Shown piece by piece: positions 1 through 12,162 of a DNA stretch of 64,000 nucleotides. The position numbers and the translations under genes were made by a program. Positions within the stretch are counted from its first letter, which is position 1; the number at the start of each line of letters is the position of its first letter. This DNA is from Azolla caroliniana (lineage: Eukaryota > Plantae > Polypodiophyta). The notes under the pieces were generated by a model that did not search any database, was not told the DNA's origin, and worked only from the letters and a program-made list of their open reading frames with translations. The DNA is taken from positions 12,710,001 to 12,774,000 of the forward strand of contig JBHGNT010000006.1 of the NCBI GenBank assembly GCA_043228905.1. Reading direction: 5' to 3'.

Positions 1-660
1 TGTATGTAAAGAAGATGAATGATTGCATTGTTGTTATCTTGATTTATGTTGATGATTTAATCATTGGAGGTGATTCTATGGATGAAATAAGCAAGCTGAA
101 TTTTTTTTTTGAAATGCAATTTCATATGAAGGATTTGGGAGAGCTGAGATACTTTCTTCGCATTGAGATGATCAAATCTGAAAGTGGTATATATATGTTG
201 CAAAAACAGTATGCAACAACTATGTTGAAGAAGTATGGTATGCTTGGATGCAAACCTATTGGTATACCACTAGATAAGAACTGCAAATTGAGGGCTAATT
301 TGGGAGCCAAAATAGAAGATGTAAACATGTACAGGTCTATGGTGGGCAAACTCATATATTTGACTATAACAAGACTTGACTTGAGTTATGTTGTTGGATT
401 AGTCAGCCAATTTATGCAACAGCCAACAAAGCCACATTTGAACTGCATTAGAAGAATTTCAAGGTATGTAAAAGCTACTCAAAATTATGGATTGTTTTAC
501 AGGGCTGATCTGGACATAAAGTTGGAAGGATATATATCACTTTGTTGGAGAAGTGGATCTGTTGTATGTAAGTACAAATCAGCAAGTTGCTGATATTCTT
601 ACGAAGGGATTGCGCATGGAAAAACATACATAGTTTAGAGACATGATGGGAGTTATAACC
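1..660 (+). pseudogene. Ty1/Copia reverse transcriptase / RNase H fragment
   Basis: ORF 15-593 has YVDDL, MKDLGELRYFL and YRSMVGKLIYLTITRLDLSY; RNase H end (QVADILTKGL) in another frame near 580-615. Confidence 0.9.
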
Positions 661-1049
661 ATCGTCATTATTAGAGATCTAGGTACTAAAGTAAGCTTAA
701 GATAAGGATAAACTAATGATAGATAGAAAGGAGAAAGAGAAAGAAGGGTGTCAATCCACCCGACCACCCCCAAGCGAAGGGATCGAGACAGACTCGAGCC
801 TCGATCGGCGTCCCATACCACCGCCATGGCGTCGAGTCGTACCTGATGCTGGCGCACTCGCTACAAGGGTTGACCCACCACAAGAGCAGAGTCTCGATGT
901 AGTCAAAAGATGATCAAATGAGGGTAGCTAGGCCTCTTATTTATAGTGATAACCAAGGCCCCCAGGCAAGTTCACACTTGACCTAATGGGTTGTCTCAAT
1001 CCCGAGGATTAAAAGTAATCCTCCCCTTCTTTACACTCTCGTTTAACCC

Positions 1050-1446
1050 TCATACTTATCCACTTGTATAGAATACTACGGTAAATTCTCACCACGGGAT
1101 ATTATATGGCCATGCCCATAACAGTCATGGTAGTTGAAAAGCATGAAGAAAAGAAGATTGAAGTGTTAGGAAACTGGTCCCTCCGGATGAGGAGTACCCG
1201 GCTACGGATGACCCGGTGAGAACCAGACGATGAGTGCCCGGCAAGCACCGGATGATGCAGGCTCGGTGAAGAGTGATCACCAGATGAAGGGACATATTTG
1301 TAAATATGTTTCTGAGAGTCCATCGGGGCTATATTTGTAAATAGCCAAAAAGTCATATTAGTATAAATATGACTTAGGGCAAACAGAGAATGTAATGGTT
1401 GTTGTCATTCTTGTTGGTGCAAGACTAGAGAGCGCGTAACTGTGTA

Positions 1447-1484
<38 letters not shown>

Positions 1485-1720
1485 GAGGTCGTTGCGTCTG
1501 TTGTAACCGCCGCCTGTGGCGAAGATCGTGAGCACGAGGTCGTTGCCTCTGTGAGCTCACTGTTATAATCATTGTGATATAGTGATAGTTTGGAGTCTGT
1601 GGACTCCCGTGGTTTTTCCCTCTCAAGGTTTTCCACGTTAAACATCATGTGTACTCTTCTCTCCTTTGTGTCGTGTGTTCATTTCCCATTTTTCTGTGTT
1701 TTGATTCTAAGCTCGGTTGA
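1050..1720 (+). mobile_element. Probable Copia LTR remnant
   Basis: TATAAATA at ~1362, (GA)n tract and GGTTTTTCCC...GGTTTTCCACGT motif typical of Copia LTR R/U5; ends not defined. Confidence 0.35.
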
Positions 1721-2059
1721 GGAAGAGCGTTACGCACTGAGCGTGTAGTTCCTGTCATGAAGATGATCCCAAGAAAGGATAAGTTGAGCTTGAGGGGGAG
1801 TGTTGAGAAGCAAGTTGAACAAAGTTATGTGATGCTTATTGAGAAATAAGCTATAGTAGGTATTAGCCAATTAGCTACTAGTGGACATAAAGGTGAAACA
1901 ACTATTTAGCTATTGAAAACTATTTAGCTGCATATATAAGTCACTTATAACTTAGGTAAAAAGTAAGTAGAAAAGTGAGTAAGAGTGAGAGTAGAGAAGA
2001 GAAGAAAAACAAAATAACAGAAAACTAACGAGAGCGAATTGAGCTCTGCGTGTAATGAA

Positions 2060-2840
2060 ATAGAAGAAGCTTTTTGGTTTGCTACACAGAGGTAAGTCTC
2101 CTTTCCCTTCCTTTTCTGTCTTGAGCACTAAATGATCCAGCACATCATGATCCGCTATGCACAAAGAAGAGTCGGAGTGCCTTCTAACACTCTCGACGGT
2201 CAAAGATTTATCAAGTATTCTACCGTTTGCAATGCTTCAGCTGAGAATTCCAACTTTAATCCGGATTGTTCGAGCGTTGTTGTCACTCTCTCTCTCTCTT
2301 TGATCGTTCTATTGATCCATTCTGCCATGCCATTTTGCATGGGGGTGTAGGGCACGGTCTTTTGGTGCTGAATCCCTTTTTCGGACAGGTACTATTTAAA
2401 GGCTCTGGAGGTGTATTCACCTCCGTTGTCGGACCGGAGTGTCTTCACTCTATATCTTGATCGGTTCTCTACTTCAGTTGTCCACCGAGTGAAGACATCA
2501 AGTGCTTCGTCTTTCGAGCTAATCGAGTAGGCTCACCCCTTCCGTGTACAGTCATTTACGAATGTGATGAAGTACTGGGAGCCTCCTCGTGACCTTTCGA
2601 GCATTAGCCCACATATATCTGTGTGGACCATATCTAGGGGTTGTGGTACTATCTTGTAATGGGGCCCACAATGCTCATAGAAGTTTTTGTTTGGAGTTTC
2701 AGGATGTAGCCGATCGCCATTAGCCGATCAAGTCCATCTTGTGAAATATGACCAAGTTAGCTATGCCATAGGTTCGAATCCTGCGATTCGGCTACGTTCA
2801 CTATGTTGGCATAAAAGGCCGACTCCTTCCACCTTGTATC
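2060..2840 (-). pseudogene. Copia integrase fragment (Tnt1-like)
   Basis: Minus strand reads KTVPYTPMQNGMAEWINRTIKERV...EALQTVEYLINL with stops. Confidence 0.7.
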
Positions 2841-3025
2841 CATAGTGTGAACACGGACTTGAGCTAGGGCTTGAGTATATAAGCTCAACCCTAACATTGC
2901 AAATAGATCTCGGAGTGTAAGAGTTACAGAGAAGAGAGAATAAGAACTTCCGTTGAAGCTCTAAAAGTGTGCCTACCTTCTATTTTATTTCTCGATACAT
3001 ATTTGCGTTGTTTGTTGTTCATCTT

Positions 3026-4290
3026 TGTAAAGAATTGTTGTATGATTCTGTGCAGTGGAATATGTTAGAGATGTGTTGTGTGTGTGTTTTTGAGAAAGGA
3101 GAGGAGAGAGAGACAAGATAGATAGAATAGACAATAGAAAATACTCAAGAAGATGTGTATTACAATGGAGATTAACCGGCTCATTACAAAGTAGGAGGAG
3201 GGTGCTTTATATAGTCACACCCTCTCTCTTCATTAACTACCGAAGCTCATCAGTCATGGTGAATGTGGAAACTCATTAGTTATGTGTCATAGAATATGAT
3301 TCAATGACACATAGTTAATGTGTCGAGAGTAGTGGTGTGACATTTGACCTTTGAGTGTTCATACACTCTCAAGGGTGTGTTCACACACTAGACTAGGTTG
3401 AGTGTGATTCTCAACATGCACCCTCAACCTCAACTCAGGTCAGTTCCTTTCGGTTGATGTTCGTCGGCTGGTACCCGCTATGTCTAGTTTGTACGCCCCC
3501 TCAAGCTAGGCAAGTTAGGGATTGTTAGTCCAAGGTCTGACATGAATTGCCGAAGGTTGTCAACTCCTAGGGCTTTGGTGAAGATGTCGGCTATCTGAAA
3601 ATTCGTGTTGATGTGTAGAAGGTCGACATCGTGCTCTCGAATGAAGTGATAGTACACTTCAATATGTTTCGTGCGTGCATAGAACACCGGGTTCCGAGCC
3701 AGATGAATTCTACTCACGTTGTCGTAGTAAAGCGGAACCGGATCCTTGATGGGAATGCCCAGATCCTTCAATATCCTCTTGAGCCATATGGCTTCACATG
3801 CAACCACCGCCGCAACCTTGTATTCGGCCTCTGTGCTCGAAAGCGCAACGATTGGTTGCTTCTTGCTACTCCAGGAGATGGCTCCACTTTCGAGGGAGAA
3901 GATGAATCCTGAGGTTGATCGTCAGTTGGCTTTGTAGCCAGTCCAGTCGGCATATGTGTAATCTTCGAGTCAAATTGGTGTGGCCGATTCGTAGAGAATA
4001 CCACAATCCATTGTGTTCCTCACGTATTGTAATACTCTCTTAGCGCAATCCAAGTGAATGTCTCGTGGTTTTTGCATGAATTGGCTGAGGAGACCGACCG
4101 GATAGCTTAAGTCGGGTCAAGTGCTTGTGAGGTAGATGAGACTCCCGATCAGTTGTCGATATTGAGTTGGCTCGCACTCTTCTGTGCCGGAGTCGGCATC
4201 AAGATTGAAATTTCGATCGAGAGGGGTTGCCACAGATTAGCACTCAGTCATCCCAAACTTGTATAACATGTTGAGGATGTAGTGCCATTG
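3026..4290 (-). mobile_element. 3' part of a Copia element (RT/RNase H, PPT, 3' LTR 3026-3416), same family as elements A and B
   Basis: RNase H ARTKHIEVYYHFIRE...IADIFTKAL (3484-3807); minus-strand LTR TGTTGAGAATC...ATTCTTTACA is similar to LTRs at 5469, 12163 and 17192. Confidence 0.85.
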
Positions 4291-4329
4291 GGAGGATGTA
4301 GTGCCATGTTGAGGATGTTGAGGATCCAT

Positions 4330-5460
4330 TATGTGTTCAATGAATATATGAATGTACATATGTGTATATATGTAACATGTAATGTATACACATGTTTGTC
4401 TGTGTATGCATACATGTGTGTTTGTAATATGTATATATCTGTATGTATATATTATGTACGTATTGTAGTTTGTATGACCCCATATGGCCTATATATATGT
4501 ATGGTGATATGTGGAATATGTATGTAATGCATATATATGTATGTATGTGTATGGATGTATGTTTGTAAAATTTATACGTGTATCATTGTAGGCATATGTA
4601 CATATATACGTGTAGCAATGTATGAATGCATGTATGTATGTCCATGTACAAATGTACATATGTGTATATATGTAATATATAATGTATTTATGTATGTATA
4701 TTTTCGGGGTATTTTAGTGTTTAGTATGTGTATGGCTCATATTTAGATGTATGTTTGCGATACGCACATAATATGTATGCATATATCCAATGTGTGCATA
4801 TGTGCGTGCGTGCGTGTGTGTGTGTGGATGTATATATATGTAAATAATGTAGTTTGTATGACCCCGTATGACCTATATATATGGTGATATGTGGAAGATG
4901 TATGTACATGTAACATATGTAATGTAGGTATGTATGTTTATGCATATATGCATATGTCAATGTACATGATTCAATGTGTATGGATGTGTGCTTGTAATTT
5001 GTGCAATGTGCGTAATATGTATTTGTATGTATATGTACTATTGTAGTGTGTATGACTGCGTGTGTGTATGTGGTGATATGTATGTACATATGTATGCAAT
5101 GTATGACATATGTGTATGCATGCATGTAATATATGTATGTATATGCTTGCATTTAATGTATGTATGTATGTGTATGTATGTATGTATGTATGCTTATATG
5201 CGTGATATTGTAGGCATATGTACGTATACACATGTAGCAATGTATGAATGTATGTTTGTGTATATATGTAATGTATATATGTATGTATATTTTCAGTGTA
5301 TTTTAATGTTTAGTATGTGTATAACTCATATATGGATGTATGTTTGTAATATTCATATAATATACATGTATATATCCGATGTATGTGTAAGTATACATAT
5401 ATCCAATGTGTGTATGAATGTATATATGTATGTAAGTATTGTAGTTTGTATGGTTTCGTA
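4330..5460. repeat. Degenerate (TATG/TGTA/TA)n low-complexity tract with internal duplications
   Basis: Composition; recurring GTAGTTTGTATGACCCC and TTGTAGGCATATGTAC blocks. Confidence 0.85.
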
Positions 5461-5917
5461 TAACCTATTGTTGAGAATCAAGGTCAACATAGCACAATGT
5501 GTGAACACACCTTTTGAGAATCTATGATTACTCAAAGGTCAAGAGTCACACCACTACTCTCTACACATTAACTATGTGTCATAAAATCATATTCTATGAC
5601 ACATAACTAATGAGTTACATATTCCCCATGACTACGAGTCTTCACATTCCCCAAGAGAGAGAGTGTGGTTGTTGTAGGTTAATGAAGAAAGAAAGAAGAA
5701 AGAAAGAAAGAAAGATATATTAACGTCTTCTAAGGCCAAAATTGGCCCATGAGACAAATGGTGTACAACAAAAATGGGATATTTACCCATTCATCGAAAG
5801 TAAAAATAAAAATAAGATAAAATAGAGTTTAAGCTAAATAGTTCTAAGAAAACAACAAACATGTTCTATATAAAAAACATGTTCTACAATGAGAATGATT
5901 CTATACTAGGCCTAATT

Positions 5918-8900
5918 TCATTTCCATCCAAGTCTCTCGAAGAGAAGCGGGGGGTCAAAGGGTTGCCATGATGTGGATGTGGCCCGTGGTCCCCATGTAA
6001 GAGGTACCCCAACCATAGCTTCGAGTCGACGTAGCTCACGTTCCCTTATCTTCTTAATCTTTTCTACTCCACGTTGACTTGTGTTGAAGCCCAACATCCG
6101 AGGACGTTTGGTTGCTCTTTGTATTTCTGCTTCCTCAAGGGAGAGGCCGAGCGGCATAAGTGTATCCACATTCATCGTCTCCCCATGTTCCTGAAAAATT
6201 ACACTAGGTACATGTTGATGAGTAGTAAAAGGGTTATGATTAACACTTTGTAATTTATCCTCCCTATGTTGTTTTAGCTCTAAGATATACCTACCTAGTC
6301 TCTTTACACTCGGGGTATCTAATAGTTTGGAGAGGGTAGGAGAGGGTCCTAGTATGTCTTGGTATTCCGCCCGTATCTCGGCATAAGTTGGGCACTTGCA
6401 TGTGAAGTGATACTCATCCTCTATCTCTATGTGGCATAACCTACATAGCCTTTCCTCTCTAGGGACTCTATTAGCTCGACCATTCTCAATCTCAAGTTGG
6501 TGAGATGATATCCTAAGTTGTCCAATGGCCACCCTTAGTGCATTTGATAAGAAAGTATCTAGGTATCTTGGTCGTGTAATAAACCCTAACTTAGAGAAGT
6601 GCAAGAAGTGTTCCTTATAGTACACCATTTTAGATGGGAGTGGCTCTCGTGGGGTGATCCATTTGTATCGAGTGTAGATTTGCCATATTTCTTGGCGTAT
6701 CACTTTATTACGATCTTCACGAGAGATTAAAGTTTGATCAGTCCCATGGTTGTACTTAAGGGGAGGTAGGTTATTAATGTCTATGCCATTTGCAAATAAC
6801 CAACTCACCACAATGCTATACCAAGAGTTGGTGTCTCCAGACACATGTAAGGATCGGGATGCCTCAAAGGCTCGACGGGATATCCTATCTTGTGGTTGAC
6901 TATGTATCCGATGAATAAAAGCTACCACTTGAAAGAGTGCTTCTACTAACATCGGGGGTAGGCTAAACTCCGCTCTAATAATGTCATGTGGTACTGTCAA
7001 TTTGCTTCGGAGTTGACGTGATAACATCACCACTAAAGGTCTCTCCAATTGCGTCCACATGAAAGATGGTAGACCTGGAGCCCATACTACTGATGCATAC
7101 ATGAGGGACGGGGTCACTAATGAGTCGAAAAGCCATCCCTTAGTCCGTGGCTCTTGAAAGTATGCTTGGTGGCATTGTCTCTCTAAGAGTGAGAGGGATG
7201 CATATCCTCTCGTTAGCCTATCTTTGGCTGCCTGGGTCATCGAGAATTTACCTGAGCGAGCACTAAAAGTGACTCCCAAGTATACATAAGATCCCACCAC
7301 CTCAACTAGTTTATGAGAGAGGATGAGGTGACATTTACTCCTAACTCTGGACGATGTATGAAAGATAAGGACTTTAGTTTTCGCTAGATTCACTACCAGT
7401 CCTCGTTGTGTACAAAAGTCATCTAGGGCATTAAGATGCTTTTGTAGGTCGTGTTCCGACTCCGAGAGCAAGACAATGTCGTCTGCGTAGAGTAAGAGAC
7501 TAACTTGCGTATCCCCAATAGCCACTCCTTTGCCTCCCTTACGAGCAATAAAATCAGTGATCTCATCAATGTAGATCCCAAAAAGAGTCGGTGATAGGGG
7601 GCAACCCTGTTTTACACCAATGGTGCTAGTGAAACAATCGGATAGGCCACCTGGGCATCTTACGCGCCCATAGACTTGCTCATATAGGGCATAAATGGCC
7701 CAAATCATGTCATTTGGTATCTCCAAGCTCTTAAGTCTATCAAACAACCTCTCCCTAGGAACTGTATCAAAGGCTTTGCGAAAGTCCACAAAGCAACAAT
7801 ATAGTTTCTTCTTACGAGCCTTTGTTTGGTCAATTAAGCACCTAAGTGTGAAGATGTGGTCAATAGTGGAGAAGGCTCGTCTAAAGCCAGCCTGCTCAGG
7901 TGCTCGAAGACTTAATGTTTCCATATAATCACTGAGCTCCGCTTCCATTACTGCACCATATAGTTTAGCAAGCGTATGACCTATCATAATGGTCCTATAT
8001 GTATTTGGGTCCATTGGGTCCCCTCCTTTATGTATAGGGGCCACAGTGTTCATGGCCCATTGTGGTGGAAAACCCTCGGCGAGGGCGCGGTTGAAGATTA
8101 GAGTGAGAAGGGGAGCTAGGCACTCTCGAGCATATATGATGTGCTCGGCTCGCAATCCTGTGTGGTCCATGGATTTCCTATGTTGTAATTTTTTTATGAC
8201 CTTCGTGACCCTAGAGGTCGTGAAAAGTGTCCCCATGGTAGGTCGAGGTGTGGAGGGCATTGGAATGGGTGGTTGGTTCGGGACATGGTAGAGTCTCTCG
8301 GTATATGTGTGCCAAATATTGGGATCCTCGATGGGTGTTTGTGGTCTCGGTTCCCGTAGTCTCTTCCATGCAAGGGCACAATCCCTACTCATGAGCATAT
8401 GGTAGAGTTCCCAATATTGAGATGCTTCCCAAGCTCGTCTTTTACGACGTGTCATCTTGCGCATCTCTTTGCGAGCCTGTACTAAGGAGATAGTACCACT
8501 GAGTCGCGATACTTTAAGTTGTCTATACAACTCTCTACAATCCTCGTCATACCACTTGTTTTGTGGCATAGACCCTATTCTACTATGATTGGAGTCTTTC
8601 GTGTATGGGAAGCTACTAGTGGCGGCTGAGTGAAGGATGTGTGTGAGTTCTGTAGTGAGGTTCTCTAAAGGCAAGGAAGAATCAAACGAGGAAAGATGGG
8701 CTTGAACATGTCGAGAGTAGATGTCCGCGAGCTCATGCGTGAAATGTATTATAGTGTGATGGGTTGGTTTACTAGAGTTGGTGGTGTGGGAGGTGTCACA
8801 TTTTAGCTCAAAGTATAGGAAGGTATGATCTGCCCCAATGGGGCATGGGGCCACCCGGAAGGAGCTAACCATGTGGGTAGCTTCAGGGCGTCCTATTAGA

Positions 8901-9664
8901 TAATCAACGGTGCTTTCCCCTCCTCCATGTGGGAAACATGTGAGCTCTTCCGAGCCCGGCCACTTGGCTAAGCCATTATATATGATCATCTGGTGTCGGC
9001 TTCCAAGTTCAAGCAGATGATGGCCAAAGCTTGTGGCATCCGCACCTTGATCCTTCGATGTACGTGTTATGCCTAAGGCTAAAGGGTCGACATTCACCAT
9101 TTCTAGGTTTCTATCCATCTGAAATATTGTGCATTGTCGGGACTGGGTTCTCGCATTGAAATCTCCTACCAGGAAGACTTCCCCTTGAGAAGAATATCGG
9201 ATTATGTCATCCGACAAAGGTTCGTATGGAGAAGGCCCATGTGGCGTTCCTTCATCAACTATACTCGCCTCTCCAGCCATATTGTAGCGGGACCCTTTCG
9301 GGGGGAAGTAACAAACTGCGATAAATATCACCTGATCCTTACTAGTGAGGACTTTCACCCACATAAAACGGGCTTCTGGGTCTGACTTTAGTATTTCTAT
9401 CCTATTATTTATCTCTTTCCGAAATAATATCGCAACCCCCCCAGACCCTCTAGTAGTGTGTCGACGTGAGGTTTGTCTAAAGACAGATTCCCAACGAAAA
9501 CCGTCAACTCGTGGCAGTCCTCGATTTGGGCTTTGATGTGTTTCTACTACAAAAAGTATATCAGATACTTTCAAAATCTCCTCTAGACGGCCAGGATGTG
9601 TCCAAAGTGCGCCGTTACAGTTCCATAAAGTGATCCTAAGTTTATTATCTGTCACATGGGCCAC
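5918..9664 (-). CDS. LINE ORF2: APE endonuclease, reverse transcriptase, C-terminal CCHC-type motif (1248 aa)
   Basis: WNCNG, ETH, GGVAIL, GDFNAR, DYLI, ADH (APE); QAGFR, FVDFRKAFD, GVKQGCPLSPTLF, YADD, YLG (RT); CRLC...DEYHFTCKC. Confidence 0.95.
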   Translation of the reverse strand: MAHVTDNKLRITLWNCNGALWTHPGRLEEILKVSDILFVVETHQSPNRGLPRVDGFRWESVFRQTSRRHTTRGSGGVAILFRKEINNRIEILKSDPEARFMWVKVLTSKDQVIFIAVCYFPPKGSRYNMAGEASIVDEGTPHGPSPYEPLSDDIIRYSSQGEVFLVGDFNARTQSRQCTIFQMDRNLEMVNVDPLALGITRTSKDQGADATSFGHHLLELGSRHQMIIYNGLAKWPGSEELTCFPHGGGESTVDYLIGRPEATHMVSSFRVAPCPIGADHTFLYFELKCDTSHTTNSSKPTHHTIIHFTHELADIYSRHVQAHLSSFDSSLPLENLTTELTHILHSAATSSFPYTKDSNHSRIGSMPQNKWYDEDCRELYRQLKVSRLSGTISLVQARKEMRKMTRRKRRAWEASQYWELYHMLMSRDCALAWKRLREPRPQTPIEDPNIWHTYTERLYHVPNQPPIPMPSTPRPTMGTLFTTSRVTKVIKKLQHRKSMDHTGLRAEHIIYARECLAPLLTLIFNRALAEGFPPQWAMNTVAPIHKGGDPMDPNTYRTIMIGHTLAKLYGAVMEAELSDYMETLSLRAPEQAGFRRAFSTIDHIFTLRCLIDQTKARKKKLYCCFVDFRKAFDTVPRERLFDRLKSLEIPNDMIWAIYALYEQVYGRVRCPGGLSDCFTSTIGVKQGCPLSPTLFGIYIDEITDFIARKGGKGVAIGDTQVSLLLYADDIVLLSESEHDLQKHLNALDDFCTQRGLVVNLAKTKVLIFHTSSRVRSKCHLILSHKLVEVVGSYVYLGVTFSARSGKFSMTQAAKDRLTRGYASLSLLERQCHQAYFQEPRTKGWLFDSLVTPSLMYASVVWAPGLPSFMWTQLERPLVVMLSRQLRSKLTVPHDIIRAEFSLPPMLVEALFQVVAFIHRIHSQPQDRISRRAFEASRSLHVSGDTNSWYSIVVSWLFANGIDINNLPPLKYNHGTDQTLISREDRNKVIRQEIWQIYTRYKWITPREPLPSKMVYYKEHFLHFSKLGFITRPRYLDTFLSNALRVAIGQLRISSHQLEIENGRANRVPREERLCRLCHIEIEDEYHFTCKCPTYAEIRAEYQDILGPSPTLSKLLDTPSVKRLGRYILELKQHREDKLQSVNHNPFTTHQHVPSVIFQEHGETMNVDTLMPLGLSLEEAEIQRATKRPRMLGFNTSQRGVEKIKKIRERELRRLEAMVGVPLTWGPRATSTSWQPFDPPLLFERLGWK

Positions 9665-9670
9665 ACGCCG

Positions 9671-10462
9671 TCAATTGGCGGCACGATCATTTATTATGAC
9701 ACGTCCGTCCCGGTAGAAAGCACGATGCCCCTCTTTACGAGCTTGTATGACTCGCGGCATACAAGTTTTACGATGCTCAATTTGCATCTTGGTCAAGTCT
9801 TCATCGAGGTAGATAGGCTCCCCGCCCAAGCCTCGAAGAATTGGTCTCTTTTTAAAAAAGGCGATTCTAGATTCTGAGTCCTTAAACTGAAGGACTAAAG
9901 CTCTTTTCCTAGTTGTGTCACGCCCTACCCTCCAGGTTTTAGTGATTGGTAGGGCTTCGTACCCTAACATTTTCCCTAATGTTTGTGCATCTTCATCCGG
10001 AGATGCCCCTTCCTTGAGCCCAATAACTCGTACATTTAGGCGTCGAGCTTGACGCATTTTTTCTTCCTCGAGGGTGGTGTTTACAATGTTTTCATCCTTT
10101 AGTTCTTTTTTAATATTACGTTTTACTACATCAACCCACCCAGTTTTAGCTAATTCCATATCACTTTTAACCTCTTCTTTAACCTTTTTTATCTCGTCCT
10201 TAATATCCTCTAGGGAAGATATTTCACCATCTTCCCTAGATATCTCGAGGTCCTTAACTTGTTTTCGGAGGTTCACATTGTCTACCTTAAGTTTCGCTAT
10301 TTCCGCAAAAAGTAGTTCTTTTTCTTCCTTATCTTTTTGTTTTTCAGCTTCAATTTCTTTCGCCCATTTTTCAAATTTTACTAACCGGTTAAGGACATCT
10401 AAAAATTCTTCCTTACTTATCATTTCGTCGTGTGTTTCCTTATGGTTTCGTCGAGAAGTCAT
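9671..10462 (-). CDS. LINE ORF1: coiled coil plus RRM/CTD (L1/Tnp22-like nucleic-acid chaperone)
   Basis: N-terminal heptad-rich region, LNVRVIGLKE, IYLDEDLT; ends 6 nt before the ORF2 ATG; likely start at MTSRR (10462). Confidence 0.85.
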   Translation of the reverse strand: MTSRRNHKETHDEMISKEEFLDVLNRLVKFEKWAKEIEAEKQKDKEEKELLFAEIAKLKVDNVNLRKQVKDLEISREDGEISSLEDIKDEIKKVKEEVKSDMELAKTGWVDVVKRNIKKELKDENIVNTTLEEEKMRQARRLNVRVIGLKEGASPDEDAQTLGKMLGYEALPITKTWRVGRDTTRKRALVLQFKDSESRIAFFKKRPILRGLGGEPIYLDEDLTKMQIEHRKTCMPRVIQARKEGHRAFYRDGRVIINDRAAN

Positions 10463-10599
10463 GTTGTAATTCAAAGAATAAACGAAAGAAAAAGTCAAAA
10501 AGGGCAGAAAAAACTTAGCCGAGCATCGATGTCTTGCGCGCTAGGTACAAGTGTAGAAGCACATTTGTACTCTCTCGTCACGACGCCGTAAGAGGTGTA

Positions 10600-11077
10600 G
10601 GTGATAGCGACGGTCGACACCGATGACAACAACGACGGCGACAAGGGCACCGATTTCCCACAACAGCGACGGGTGACGACGATGGCCAAGAACCGACGAC
10701 GACGGCGACGGCGGCAAACATTAGACGTCAGACGACGGCGACGGCGGCAGACGTTAGACGTTAGACGACGGCGGACGACGACAGTCGGCTGCGGCAGCAG
10801 ACGGCGGCTGACAGCGGTTGCAGACGACGACGGCAGCAGACAGCAGTTGCAGACGACGGCGGCAGCAGACAGTAGTTGCAGACGACGGCGGCAGTCTGCA
10901 GACGTCAGCGGCAGAAAACGGAGGCAACAGCAGGCAACAGTCGGCAGACGGCGGCAGCAGACGACGACGACCGTCGACAGACGACGGCGACGACGGCAGC
11001 AGGCGACGGCGGCGTCAGCAGCAGCAGCGACAACAGGCGGCGTCGTCGGCAGCAGCAGACGGCGGCGACAGCAGGCG
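10600..11077 (-). repeat. GC-rich degenerate trinucleotide tract (CGT/CGC/TGC) forming the LINE 5' UTR
   Basis: GACGACGGCGGCAGCA-type repeats; source of the overlapping low-complexity ORFs. Confidence 0.75.
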
Positions 11078-11306
11078 ACTCTATATAAAACACCCTCCTC
11101 ATAGTTCATACTAAGTCAGTTGTGACTCCTTGTAATGCTACATTTTCATTTATCATATTCTCCTTGTTAATATACATCTCCTTCTTCTTGAGTACTTCAT
11201 TTTGTCACTTATCGATCTTGTGTTTCTCTCCTCTCCTCTTTCCTCTCACACATACACATAACACACATCTCTTCCGCTACACAAGAATCACCATCGATTC
11301 TTTACA

Positions 11307-11318
11307 TGGTATCAGAGC
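11307..11318 (+). promoter_or_regulatory. Primer binding site (tRNA-iMet) of Copia A
   Basis: TGGTATCAGAGC immediately after the LTR end ...TTTACA. Confidence 0.9.
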
Positions 11319-12162
11319 GATTTGGTAGCTCGATCTAGCCCACTCGCCTCATCGTGATCGTGTGTTGTGCTCTACGCCAACGTTCAAGAAGAACCGGCTC
11401 ATCGCTATCGAGCGAGGAGCAACACCCCGGAAGGCCACATGCTCTATACGCATTTAGACGGAGGAAGAGGACGTGCCCATGCAAGAAGAGGCCAATTCGG
11501 CCAAGGACGAGGCCGACGAGGACCGACTTACGAAAACAACTCGCAATTTCAGCATCAAGACGGAAGCCATCGAGGAACCTTCGGAAGAAGGGGGAGCTTC
11601 CATTCCGATCCGAGCCGACAAAGCTCGGTCGAATGCGGATATTGTGGAAAAATCGGTCACCACGAAGAAGAATGTCGTAAGAAGATCCGCGAGTCGGCTT
11701 CCACTAGCCGACAACTCACCAACTACGCCATCAACTCCGACTATGACGATCGTGGCGGAATGTTTGTGATGAGACATAGAACGAATTCTATGTCAGCCTC
11801 TACTTCTACTAATGCCTCCGGTCTGGAAGACGTATGGTTTGTCGATTCCGGTGCCTCGAACCATATGACGTCGCATCAGGAATGGTTCCGAGAACTTCGA
11901 GAGCCGGACCGACCCGGCTATGTCGAAACCGAAGATGACACAACGCACCCGATTCGGCACATCGACAATGTTCCATTCGGAGAAGAAGGTAAGAAAACAT
12001 ATATTAAAAATGTCTTGCATGTATCAACTATCACGAAGAATTTGGTCTCCGTCGGCCAAATTGTAGAGCAAGGAATGCAAGTACGATTTAATCAAGGTGG
12101 TTGCTTCATCGAAAAAGAGGGCCGACTCATCGATCGCGGACGAAGAGAAGGCCGAATATTCA

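Larger units (their letters stand above)
5686..11077 (-). mobile_element. Full-length non-LTR retrotransposon (LINE, RTEX-like), inserted antisense in the 5' LTR of Copia A
   Basis: Two intact ORFs; GC-rich 5' UTR; 3' (TTTC)n tail at ~5686-5714; LTR sequence resumes on both sides. Confidence 0.9.

Noticed and set aside
4282-5535. Y/M/C/V- and H/T/I-rich ORFs
   Set aside because: They are translations of a TATG/TA low-complexity tract.
10495-11114. Several overlapping R/C/A-rich ORFs as genes
   Set aside because: They arise from the GC-rich triplet repeat in the LINE 5' UTR.
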